A stretch of 32,000 nt of DNA from assembly GCF_029504745.1 (NCBI RefSeq), contig NZ_JAQFIQ010000023.1, forward strand, positions 1-32,000. Reading direction: 5' to 3'. The stretch is from Breznakia sp. PF5-3 (lineage in GTDB: Bacteria > Bacillota_I > Bacilli_A > Erysipelotrichales > Erysipelotrichaceae). Position 1 is the first letter of the stretch, and each line of letters starts with the position of its first letter. This document shows, piece after piece, positions 11,191 to 20,852 of the stretch. A model generated the notes under the pieces. The model saw only the letters and a list, made by a program, of their open reading frames with translations, made no database searches and had not been told where the DNA came from. Both the position numbers and the translations under genes were made by a program.

Positions 11191-12066
11191 ATGAAAGATC
11201 AATTATTAAAAGCTTTAGCATGTGATGGACATGTTCGAATATATATATGTAATACAACAGGGATTATCAATTATGCTCAAAAGCAACATGATTTATGGCC
11301 AACAGCGAGTGCGGCTTTAGGTAGAGTGTTAAGTGTTGCGAGTATGATGGGTGGTAATCTTAAAAGTGATAAAGAAAAACTTACCATTACCATCAATGGT
11401 GGTGGACCAATTGGGACAATTATGGCAGATGCTTATTATGGTGGAAATGTAAGAGGTTTTGTAAGTGAACCACACGTACATTACCAATATAATGACACTG
11501 GGAAATTAGCAGTTGGTATAGCAGTTGGTACAGATGGATATTTAGAAGTAAAAAAGGATTTTGGTCTAAAAGAAGAATTTGGTGGCCAAGTTGCTCTTCA
11601 AAATGGCGAGATTGGTGATGATTTTGCTTATTACTTTGCACTTAGTGAGCAAACACCATCGGCTGTATCGGTAGGTGTTCTTGTAGATTCGGATAATACG
11701 ATTATTTCGTCAGGTGGATTGCTGATTCAAATGTTACCAGATGCAACAGAGGAAGATATAGAAAAAACAGAAGCGGTTATTAAAACGTTATCACCTATGT
11801 CGGAACTTATCAAAGACAATGTGTCACTAGAGGAAATAGCGAAGTCTTTATATGATGATGTGAAAATATTAGAAGTGAGTGATATTGCGTTTACTTGTAA
11901 TTGTAGTCGTGAAAAGGTGGAAAATGCAATTAAATTAATTGATAAGAAGGATTTACAGGAAATGATTGATGAAGATCATGGAAGTGAGGTATCTTGTCAG
12001 TTTTGTAAAACAACATATACTTTTAGTGAAGCAGAGTTAAAAGCAATCTTAGATAGTAAGGAATAA
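11191..12066 (+). CDS. hslO: Redox-regulated chaperone Hsp33
   Basis: 291 aa. C-terminal zinc centre CNCSREKV...CQFCKTTY. Position after ftsH. Confidence 0.9.
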   Translation: MKDQLLKALACDGHVRIYICNTTGIINYAQKQHDLWPTASAALGRVLSVASMMGGNLKSDKEKLTITINGGGPIGTIMADAYYGGNVRGFVSEPHVHYQYNDTGKLAVGIAVGTDGYLEVKKDFGLKEEFGGQVALQNGEIGDDFAYYFALSEQTPSAVSVGVLVDSDNTIISSGGLLIQMLPDATEEDIEKTEAVIKTLSPMSELIKDNVSLEEIAKSLYDDVKILEVSDIAFTCNCSREKVENAIKLIDKKDLQEMIDEDHGSEVSCQFCKTTYTFSEAELKAILDSKE

Positions 12067-12068
12067 GT

Positions 12069-13067
12069 ATGTGGAAAATTAATGATGTAGAGATTAAAAA
12101 TAAAATTGTTATAGCTCCAATGGCTGGCATTAGCAATGCTGCTTTTCGTAGCATTTGCAAGGAATTTGGTGCAGGTTTGATATGCTCAGAAATGGTGAGT
12201 GATAAAGCTTTGTATTATGATAATATAAAGACGCTTAAAATGACGCAAGTTCTAGAAGATGAGCATCCAATGAGTATGCAAATTTTTGGTCATGATATTG
12301 ATAGTATGGTGTACGCTGCAAAACTTTTGGATACAGAAACAAACTGCGATATTATCGACATCAATATGGGCTGCCCAGTAAACAAAGTGATTAAATCAAA
12401 TGCAGGTTCAGCACTTATGAAAGATGTGGAACATGCATGTAAAATAGTAAAGGCAGTCGTTGAGAATGTAAATAAACCAGTAACGGTGAAAATGCGTGCA
12501 GGTTGGGATGTACACTCAATAAATGCGGTAGAATTGGCAAAAGGAGTAGAAGCAGCTGGTGCTAGTGCTGTTTGTGTTCATGGACGAACAAGAACGCAGA
12601 TGTATGAAGGAAAAGCAGATTGGCAAATTATTAAAGAAGTAAAAGATGCTGTATCGATTCCAGTAATTGGGAATGGTGATGTCCGTAGTGTCGAAGATAT
12701 GATTCAAATGCTAGAGTTTACTGGTTGTGATGCTATATCCATTGGACGTGGCGTTTTGGGTAATCCATGGTTAATTAAACAGTGTGCACATTATTTAGAA
12801 ACTGGTACATTTATGGATGAAATACCTTATCATGAAAAATTCAAGTTAGCAAGAAAACATGCACAAAGACTTTGTGATTTAAAGGGCGAGAAAATTGGAA
12901 TGAAGGAGATGCGTGGACATGCTGCATGGTATATCAAAGGAATGCCATCTTCACATCAAGTCAAAAATGAATTATCAGCAATGAATACATATGACGAAAT
13001 GGATGAAATATTTAGTAATTATGAAGTGAAAATAAAAGCATATGAATTGGAAATTTCTAATACATAG
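12069..13067 (+). CDS. dusB: tRNA-dihydrouridine synthase B
   Basis: [20 protein letters not shown] motifs. Precedes lysS, as in Bacillus. Confidence 0.9.
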   Translation: MWKINDVEIKNKIVIAPMAGISNAAFRSICKEFGAGLICSEMVSDKALYYDNIKTLKMTQVLEDEHPMSMQIFGHDIDSMVYAAKLLDTETNCDIIDINMGCPVNKVIKSNAGSALMKDVEHACKIVKAVVENVNKPVTVKMRAGWDVHSINAVELAKGVEAAGASAVCVHGRTRTQMYEGKADWQIIKEVKDAVSIPVIGNGDVRSVEDMIQMLEFTGCDAISIGRGVLGNPWLIKQCAHYLETGTFMDEIPYHEKFKLARKHAQRLCDLKGEKIGMKEMRGHAAWYIKGMPSSHQVKNELSAMNTYDEMDEIFSNYEVKIKAYELEISNT

Positions 13068-13072
13068 TAATC

Positions 13073-13125
13073 AAATAAACCGACCCTAAACTTGGATGCC
13101 AAGAAAGAGTCGGTTTATTTTAGTT
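13073..13125. terminator. Bidirectional terminator between convergent genes
   Basis: AAATAAACCGAC ... GTCGGTTTATTT outer stem with inner CTTGG-ATG-CCAAG stem, flanked by A-runs and T-runs. Confidence 0.7.
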
Positions 13126-13129
13126 CTTT

Positions 13130-14005
13130 TTATATCAATGTTAATAGTTCTTTCATTGATTGAATCGTTTTTTCGTAGTCTACTTCAGGTTCTAGCGAAA
13201 TATAATACTGATAGTTTTTATTTATACGTTGAAGAAGTTTTTGATAATCAATATCACCTTCTAATAAAGCTCGATGAAGAAAAGGTTTTTCAGAAGTTTT
13301 ATCATACTGATAGTTTTTTAAATGAATATGTCTGATTTTATCGTGAATCAAATCATACTCATTTTCTAAAGATCGTTTCAGATATTTCTTCGGTACCTTG
13401 TGTTTCTCTGCACGATATGAATTTGCTGGATCCCAAAGTAATTTTAAGTTGGGGCTAGCAATTGCTTCAATGACTTTCATTGTCATTTCACCTTTTGGCA
13501 AATGAGAATATGGACAGTTTTCTAATACTAAAATTACTCCATATTTTTCGGCAATTTTTACAGCCATTTTTAAATATTCAATAATTTTTTGAATATCATC
13601 GTCTGTTCCTACAACAACGACTTCTTCATTATCAGGAAACCGAAATGGAAATATTCTAACCGTTTGGCACTTTAGCTTAATTGCTATTTCGCATGCACGT
13701 TCTAAATATTCCAAGTGTTTCTTGACATCCCCTTCGATTGCGTAGAAGGTCGGATTGAATAAAGATACTTTATAATTTGGGTATAATGGGCATAAAAAGA
13801 AAATAGTACTTGCAATGTTTGCAACTTGCATATCATAAGAATTTAAAATCTTTTTAATTTCATCTACTTCAGTATCTGAACATTCTTCAATACTTTTTCC
13901 AAATACATTATGTAGCTCAATGTTTGAATAACCTAATTCTTTTATCTGTTTACAAGCTTCTTCTAAATTAGCATGAACTTGATCAGAAATAATAGCATGG
14001 ATCAT
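13130..14005 (-). CDS. Sugar phosphate isomerase/epimerase (xylose-isomerase-like TIM barrel)
   Basis: The tracked ORF runs to 14254, but AAGGAGG precedes the internal ATG at 14005 (MIHAIISDQ...). The upstream part overlaps the lysS promoter and T-box. The protein has the AP-endonuclease-2/XI-like TIM-barrel pattern (VRIFPF, LVLENCP, LWDPAN, HIHLKN). Confidence 0.75.
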   Translation of the reverse strand: MIHAIISDQVHANLEEACKQIKELGYSNIELHNVFGKSIEECSDTEVDEIKKILNSYDMQVANIASTIFFLCPLYPNYKVSLFNPTFYAIEGDVKKHLEYLERACEIAIKLKCQTVRIFPFRFPDNEEVVVVGTDDDIQKIIEYLKMAVKIAEKYGVILVLENCPYSHLPKGEMTMKVIEAIASPNLKLLWDPANSYRAEKHKVPKKYLKRSLENEYDLIHDKIRHIHLKNYQYDKTSEKPFLHRALLEGDIDYQKLLQRINKNYQYYISLEPEVDYEKTIQSMKELLTLI

Positions 14006-14096
14006 AATAGACCTCCTTATATTTCTATTATAGAAGTTAAGAAATAGAAAAGCAATATATGATATAACATTATAATTTAATAAAATTAGATAAAAG

Positions 14097-14125
14097 TTGA
14101 CAAATGTATTTAAAATGCATAAAAT
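14097..14125 (+). promoter_or_regulatory. Sigma-A promoter of the lysS leader (TTGACA-17-TAAAAT)
   Basis: Perfect -35 TTGACA 14097-14102, 17-nt spacer, TAAAAT 14120-14125. Confidence 0.7.
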
Positions 14126-14129
14126 GAAT

Positions 14130-14362
14130 ACGATTGATAAGTAGTGATGAAGAGATGAGTAGTTTATGAAACAAGTGAAAGAGAGTCCTAGTTGGTGGAA
14201 ATGGATGATGTTGTCATAGATGAATAAAGACTTGGAGCTAAGCGGGTGATTCACGAGATACGAATTGGCTAGATTTAGTCACTAAGGTTAGTAGAGTGAT
14301 CTATTAACGAATTAGGGTGGTACCACGATGTAACTCTCGTCCCTATCAGGATGAGAGTTTTT
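14130..14362 (+). promoter_or_regulatory. T-box riboswitch leader with a lysine specifier
   Basis: Stem I elements GTGATGAAGAG/GAGTAG (GA motif), AGAGAG box and GGTGGAAATGG distal loop. Specifier region GAATAAAGAC holds AAA 14226-14228 / AAG 14227-14229. T-box core AATTAGGGTGGTACCACG lies at 14310-14327. Terminator AACTCTCGTCC...GGATGAGAGTT + TTTTT spans 14332-14362. Confidence 0.85.
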
Positions 14363-14372
14363 ATATTTTTAG

Positions 14373-15872
<1,500 letters not shown>

Positions 15873-15921
15873 AAGTTTATTTTATATTGAATAGTATTTG
15901 CATTATATTTAGATGAAGAAA

Positions 15922-15961
15922 GACGCAAATGCAACGTAAAATTTTACATTGCATTTGCGTC
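15922..15961 (+). terminator. 40-nt near-perfect palindrome (hairpin, no U-tract on + strand)
   Basis: GACGCAAATGCAACGTAAAATTTTACATTGCATTTGCGTC; 19 of 20 positions pair. Confidence 0.5.
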
Positions 15962-15994
15962 CCTTAATAATAAGTGATGTGGTTGTGATTACAT

Positions 15995-16039
15995 AAAAAA
16001 ATACAGTTTAGTGATAAAAAGATAAACTGTATTTTTTTG
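15995..16039. terminator. Rho-independent terminator (A-run/T-run flanked)
   Basis: AAAAAAATACAGTTTA ... TAAACTGTATTTTTTT. Confidence 0.75.
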
Positions 16040-16110
16040 TGAAATATGGTAAGGGAAATTAATTATGTTAGGGTAATATATAATAAAGGGAAAAGCAAAT
16101 AAGTATTTAA

Positions 16111-16139
16111 TTGTTATTATAAGGCTGTAATTATATAAT
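16111..16139 (+). promoter_or_regulatory. Sigma-A-type promoter (TTGTTA-17-TATAAT)
   Basis: -35 TTGTTA 16111-16116, 17-nt spacer, TATAAT 16134-16139, 21 nt before ATG 16161. Confidence 0.55.
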
Positions 16140-16160
16140 TAGAGAAAAGGATGTGTTTAG

Positions 16161-17102
16161 ATGAATAAAAAAGAAATTGTAGTTTTTAAAGATAATGACT
16201 TTGAAATAAATGTTAATTTAGACTTGGGGGAAGAAACGGTATGGTTGACGCAGAAAGAGATTTCTACTTTATTTGGAAAAAGTCAATCAACTATTTCTGA
16301 GCATATTGCCAATATATTTAAAGAAGGTGAATTGGATGAAATAGGCAATATCGGAAAAACCGATATTGCAAATTCTGATAAGCCTGTAAAAGTATACAAC
16401 CTAGATGTTATAATATCGGTCGGATATAGGGTTAAGTCAAATCGAGGAGTATTATTTCGGAAATGGGCGAATTCGATTTTGAAGCAATATTTATTAGATG
16501 GCTATGTAATAAATGAAAAAAGAAAAGATAGTATAAATTACTCACAGCTTTTTGGATTATTAAATAATTTAAGTAATGCAGGTGTGATAAATAATATAAC
16601 AAGTGAAGGATTATTAACTTTTTTAAATTCATATCAAAGAGGATTAGAAATATTAGATAATTATGATCATCAAACACTAATAATTCCAAAGGGATTGCAA
16701 GATACATATAAACTAACTTATGAAGAGTGTATAAAAGTTATTAGAGAATCTAGTTTTAAAGATAAAGGGGATTTGTTTGCAATAGAAAGAGATAATTCAT
16801 TTAGCTCAAGTATTCAAACAATTTATCAAACATATGATGGAATAGAATTGTATCCAACACTTGAGTTAAAGGCAGCAAATTTACTTTATTTAGTTACAAA
16901 AAATCATAGTTTCATAGATGGTAACAAACGAATTGCAGCAATTATGTTTTTATATTTTTTGAATAAAAACAATCATTTAGAAGACAAAGGTATTAAACGG
17001 ATATCAAATGAAACATTAGCAACTTTAACAATATTAATTGCTTCATCAAAGCCAGAGGATAAGGAAAGTATAATTAATTTGATTATGGTATTAATAGCGT
17101 AA
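16161..17102 (+). CDS. RhuM-family N-terminal domain fused to a Fic/Doc (death-on-curing type) domain
   Basis: The N-terminal ~120 aa match the RhuM pattern (ETVWLTQKEISTLFGK...ISEHIANIFKEGELDE...NSDKPVKVYNLDVIISVGYRVKSNRG..FRKWAN). The C-terminus carries the Fic/Doc motif HSFIDGNKR (H249 = CAT 16905-16907). Confidence 0.85.
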   Translation: MNKKEIVVFKDNDFEINVNLDLGEETVWLTQKEISTLFGKSQSTISEHIANIFKEGELDEIGNIGKTDIANSDKPVKVYNLDVIISVGYRVKSNRGVLFRKWANSILKQYLLDGYVINEKRKDSINYSQLFGLLNNLSNAGVINNITSEGLLTFLNSYQRGLEILDNYDHQTLIIPKGLQDTYKLTYEECIKVIRESSFKDKGDLFAIERDNSFSSSIQTIYQTYDGIELYPTLELKAANLLYLVTKNHSFIDGNKRIAAIMFLYFLNKNNHLEDKGIKRISNETLATLTILIASSKPEDKESIINLIMVLIA

Positions 17103-17166
17103 TAGTAAGTGTAACAAATAATTGCAAGAAACAATATTTGTATATTAGGAAGCATTAATGTGTTTT

Positions 17167-17195
17167 TTTATATTTCTTATTCTTTATGCTATAAT
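17167..17195 (+). promoter_or_regulatory. Possible extended -10 promoter (TGcTATAAT)
   Basis: TG 17187-17188, TATAAT 17190-17195; weak -35 (TTTATA). Confidence 0.35.
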
Positions 17196-17236
17196 TACGA
17201 TGAATTTTAATTACGTATTAAAAAGGAGAAAGATGT

Positions 17237-18721
17237 ATGGTTTATCTTGAATATCATGATAATAATTTACACAATTTTTGGCAAATTGAAATAGATGATA
17301 ATTATATTACATTTACCTTTGGAAGTATTGGAACAGCAGGGCAAAGCGAAACAATAGAATTTGAAACTGCAGAGCTGGCGCAAAAGGAAGTATCTAAGCT
17401 AATTGCTCAAAAACGCAAAGAAGGTTATAAAGATATTAATAATGTATCAAAAAAGAATCAAGAAGATATTGAAAAGAGAATTAACCAACTTAATGAATTT
17501 ATTTGTAAACTTAATAAGTTCAAAAATGATTCATCTTCGGCAGCAGATAATTATTATAGTATTGCAATGAAGGAAAGCATGGAAGATATTGATAATGAAG
17601 TTGATATTTATAATTTAGGGATAAAGTATACTTCGTTACGTCCTTTGATTTATGATGTTTTTAATGAACTTATGAAGATGTTTGAGCAAGGTGATATTCT
17701 TTGGTTTGATGAAGAAACACAAGCTGGTCTTATACTAGCAAAAGAATTTGCATTATCAAAGCAAGAAGATATATCATTGATGATTCGTTTTATCAATTGT
17801 TGTGATATTAATCATGAAGTTTATATTATGGATGCTGTTATTGCAATATGGAATCGCTGGGGGTTTCGTAAGGAAACCTCTGATTTAGTTGTTGCATATA
17901 TGTTGCAGAGTCAACATGGTATAGAATTACCAATTGCTCTTGATGAAGAAGAGATGAAGATAAAAGAAATTGTAAAAGATCCAAAATCAGCAAATATCAT
18001 TTTATCAAGTATAAAAAAGTGGATTGATAGTGATGCTTTAAGGGCGGTTTATGAACATCGAAGTGAACATTCACTTGAAATGTTTATGGTTGAGATGTTA
18101 CCAGAGACCATTGGGTCACTTTTCTCTATGGATAGTGTTGAGGCAGAAGAAAGTGCTCAAAAATTTTATACATTGTATAAAAAAGGGAAGACACCTAAGA
18201 TAATACAAATAACAAATTTAAAAAAAGAGCCTCTTATAAATGGAAGTGATGAAATATTTTTATCGACGATAATGGAAGCAATTGAAGATTTATCAGAAAA
18301 AACATATAAATGTTTAAAAAAACATGATGATTTAAATATGAAACCTTTTGATGAATCAGTAATTAAACGAAAAGGATTAGCACATACTTGTATAATTAAT
18401 ATAAAAGGAGAAAAATATAATAAACTTGAATATTTTTCTATTGGAAATAAAATAAATTCTGCAACATTTGAAAAAGATCGATATGCGGAGAAAACATTTA
18501 ATAATATTAACTTTTCTGAAGTTTCAGATTCTTATATAATAAATACTTTATTTCCTACAGTAGCAAAATGGTTGGAAGATAAGATAGATGAACAGGCTTT
18601 TGATAATTTATATAGTAATTTCCTAGAATTGCATATAGCTGTTTGGGATTCAAAAAAGGCAAGAGCAAAAATTACGATTGATCGTCGAAATAAAACTCGT
18701 CATATAAAATTGAATAATTAA
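17237..18721 (+). CDS. WGR-domain protein with a large uncharacterised C-terminal region
   Basis: Residues 1-65 fit the WGR pattern (YLEYHDNNLHNFWQIEIDDNYITFTFGSIGTAGQSETIEF...AQKEVSKLIAQKRKEGY). I recognise nothing in the remaining ~430 aa. RBS AAAGGAG. Confidence 0.8.
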   Translation: MVYLEYHDNNLHNFWQIEIDDNYITFTFGSIGTAGQSETIEFETAELAQKEVSKLIAQKRKEGYKDINNVSKKNQEDIEKRINQLNEFICKLNKFKNDSSSAADNYYSIAMKESMEDIDNEVDIYNLGIKYTSLRPLIYDVFNELMKMFEQGDILWFDEETQAGLILAKEFALSKQEDISLMIRFINCCDINHEVYIMDAVIAIWNRWGFRKETSDLVVAYMLQSQHGIELPIALDEEEMKIKEIVKDPKSANIILSSIKKWIDSDALRAVYEHRSEHSLEMFMVEMLPETIGSLFSMDSVEAEESAQKFYTLYKKGKTPKIIQITNLKKEPLINGSDEIFLSTIMEAIEDLSEKTYKCLKKHDDLNMKPFDESVIKRKGLAHTCIINIKGEKYNKLEYFSIGNKINSATFEKDRYAEKTFNNINFSEVSDSYIINTLFPTVAKWLEDKIDEQAFDNLYSNFLELHIAVWDSKKARAKITIDRRNKTRHIKLNN

Positions 18722-18737
18722 AAAAATGGTCTTATTG

Positions 18738-18781
18738 AAACGACGCCAAAGACTTGGAACACCAAGAAAGGGGTCGTTTTT
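18738..18781 (+). terminator. Rho-independent terminator
   Basis: GAAACGACGCC...GGGGTCGTTT outer stem, inner CTTGG-AACA-CCAAG stem, T-run. Confidence 0.7.
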
Positions 18782-18863
18782 ATATGAAACTAGCAATAGA
18801 GGATAAAACAAAATTATATTAAGAAATGAAAACATGATGCTTTAGAAAATGCAGATAATTATA

Positions 18864-18892
18864 TTGTATGATTTAGAACCTTTTTTTAGAAT
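18864..18892 (+). promoter_or_regulatory. Sigma-A-type promoter (TTGTAT-17-TAGAAT)
   Basis: -35 TTGTAT 18864-18869, 17-nt spacer, TAGAAT 18887-18892. Confidence 0.5.
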
Positions 18893-18953
18893 GATTCGTC
18901 TAAGGAGTAGATGCTACTAAGAGCATAAATCAATGAAAGTTAGGAGATAAACT

Positions 18954-20714
18954 ATGCAAGAAAAATTAAATGTAGAGAATTTAGAAAAATTTGTGGATGA
19001 GTTGATTGAGAAAATAGAGAAAAAGAATATTAGCATTAATAACTATGGTAGTTATTATAGTGGACTCTATAATGATTATATGGAAGGCTTCGATGAAGAT
19101 GTATTGACAGATAATTTAATTCAAACAGAAAAAGGAGAATCTATACTAAGAAAGTTAATTAATCACTTATACTTATATAATACTTCTAGTTATGCATTGC
19201 AATTGTGGAAGAATGATGAGGTGCAAGCTGGTGAAAGAGCTGCTTATAGATTGGCAGAGAAGAATATCAGTGATGTTGATTTATATGCGAAGTTAGTTAG
19301 CTCAATGGATTTAAATCATGAAGTTAATCAATGTGAGGATGCAATGCATCTATATGAAAAGTGGGGGTATAATAAAAACACTTATTCACTTTTGATAAGT
19401 AGAATTGTAAATCTAGGACAATATGGAGATGAGTTTATTGAGGAAGTTGAAGAGGATGTACTTGTTGCTTTGGAGGAATATGAAGATTATGCTTATTTCC
19501 GTAAACTCTTAATTAATATGGGTGGAGGAGATTTACAGGGTTATATGTTTGGTGAAATAATATTGAGCAAGGTTATTGAAAAAACGACAGAGGGTGATGA
19601 CAATATCTTACAAGGATATTTAAATAAAGCAATGCGAGAAAGTGAGCTATCAATAGATACTATAACTGTATTATCAGATTATATTGATGAAAAAAGTCTT
19701 GATGATAGTATTGCTTATATAAAAGAGAGAATGGATAGTGGGTTTTTTGAAAATGATGATGAATTAAATATCATTATAATTAACTACTTTAATCGTTATG
19801 TGAAAGATAAATGTACTGCTCTTAGTACAATTAAAAAAATGGAAAACTTATTAACGCTTATGAGTCCTGAGAGTAGAGAAGCTTATGCTAAAGAAATAGA
19901 AACGTGCATAGAGAATTTTTATAATAATAAAAAGCAAGCATTAGAGAAACTACATCAAAGTTTTAATAGTAATTCAGAAGATTACATTTATACAGTGGAG
20001 GAAGCTAAAAACAAGGGTTTAGAAGTAGAAGAAGATATTACGAAAGTTTTTGAACAAGAGTTTCTTGTTATAGTAGGAAGCCCTAATTGTATATTAAATC
20101 CAAATAGTGTAGATTATATCCATCAGGCGTTGCATGAATTGAATGCGAGAAAAGATGATTTATTGAGTGAAACAGGGATTAAGTTGTTGCATTCGGGTGG
20201 TTTTTTGGTTAGTAAATTTGATGAATGGGTAATTGATTATAAAAGTTTCCCTTATGAAATGTATTGTGTAATTTATAAAAAGGGTGAGAAACCTCTAGTC
20301 TTTTTTGGAAAATATCATTATATAGAATTAGCCCTTTCTTGTCAGTCTAATTGGCCATCAACGCAAGCGGAAAAAGATAAATTAAGAGATGAATATTTTG
20401 CAGGCTTAGGTGATAAAAAGCGTAATGATGTAGAGTGGTTGGAAGCAGAAGATTATTTTGAAAGTTTTGAAGGTGACAATCAGGCTAACGTGAGTTGGTT
20501 TTTATGGGATTATGTAATCGATGAATATGGCGAAAAGTTTTTAGACAGTTTGGATAGAAACGATGGAATTATCGGAACTACAAAGGATGTCTATCGTGCG
20601 ATACTTGCAGATCGTCATAAAAAAGTTGCAGTATTAGAAATGTTGGTAAACAAGTTGATAATAGAACAACCAGAACATAAAGAATACTGGGAAAATAAGT
20701 TGAGTAAATATTAG
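18954..20714 (+). CDS. Uncharacterised 586-aa protein, WGR-less paralog of the preceding gene
   Basis: Strong RBS AGGAG. Residues 84-158 align without large gaps to residues 155-228 of the 494-aa protein. A second shared patch is CVIYKKGEK vs CIINIKGEK. Confidence 0.75.
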   Translation: MQEKLNVENLEKFVDELIEKIEKKNISINNYGSYYSGLYNDYMEGFDEDVLTDNLIQTEKGESILRKLINHLYLYNTSSYALQLWKNDEVQAGERAAYRLAEKNISDVDLYAKLVSSMDLNHEVNQCEDAMHLYEKWGYNKNTYSLLISRIVNLGQYGDEFIEEVEEDVLVALEEYEDYAYFRKLLINMGGGDLQGYMFGEIILSKVIEKTTEGDDNILQGYLNKAMRESELSIDTITVLSDYIDEKSLDDSIAYIKERMDSGFFENDDELNIIIINYFNRYVKDKCTALSTIKKMENLLTLMSPESREAYAKEIETCIENFYNNKKQALEKLHQSFNSNSEDYIYTVEEAKNKGLEVEEDITKVFEQEFLVIVGSPNCILNPNSVDYIHQALHELNARKDDLLSETGIKLLHSGGFLVSKFDEWVIDYKSFPYEMYCVIYKKGEKPLVFFGKYHYIELALSCQSNWPSTQAEKDKLRDEYFAGLGDKKRNDVEWLEAEDYFESFEGDNQANVSWFLWDYVIDEYGEKFLDSLDRNDGIIGTTKDVYRAILADRHKKVAVLEMLVNKLIIEQPEHKEYWENKLSKY

Positions 20715-20759
20715 GGATAGTAAGAAGGTATTGATACTTGGTTTAGAACAGTGTCTAGT

Positions 20760-20796
20760 AAAAAAACCAGAGTTTCACTAGAAATTCTGGTTTTTT
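20760..20796. terminator. Bidirectional rho-independent terminator
   Basis: AAAAAAACCAGAGTTTC-ACTA-GAAATTCTGGTTTTTT between convergent genes. Confidence 0.75.
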
Positions 20797-20852
20797 GAAT
20801 ACGACTAACTATATAGAGTTTATTTTTGAATTTGCACTCTAATTATTAGTAT

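Noticed and set aside
13096-13335. 79-aa plus-strand ORF downstream of dusB.
   Set aside because: It starts inside the bidirectional terminator and runs antisense to the 3' end of the TIM-barrel isomerase gene. It has no RBS.
14006-14254. 5' extension of the minus-strand ORF 13130..14254 (83 extra codons).
   Set aside because: The extension has no RBS and a low-complexity hydrophobic/aromatic translation. It lies antisense to the lysS promoter and T-box leader. A strong AAGGAGG precedes the internal ATG at 14005.
18784-18822. 12-codon micro-ORF (MKLAIEDKTKLY) between the two large accessory genes.
   Set aside because: It begins inside the terminator T-run, has only a marginal RBS-like AAGGGG embedded in the hairpin, and there is no supporting signal.
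16068-20722. Possible att-like direct repeats flanking the accessory genes (TTAGGGTAATA at 16068 vs TTAGGGATAGTA at 20711).
   Set aside because: Only a 6-nt identical core is shared, the right copy overlaps the stop codon of the 586-aa ORF, and no integrase is present. This is too weak to call mobile-element ends.
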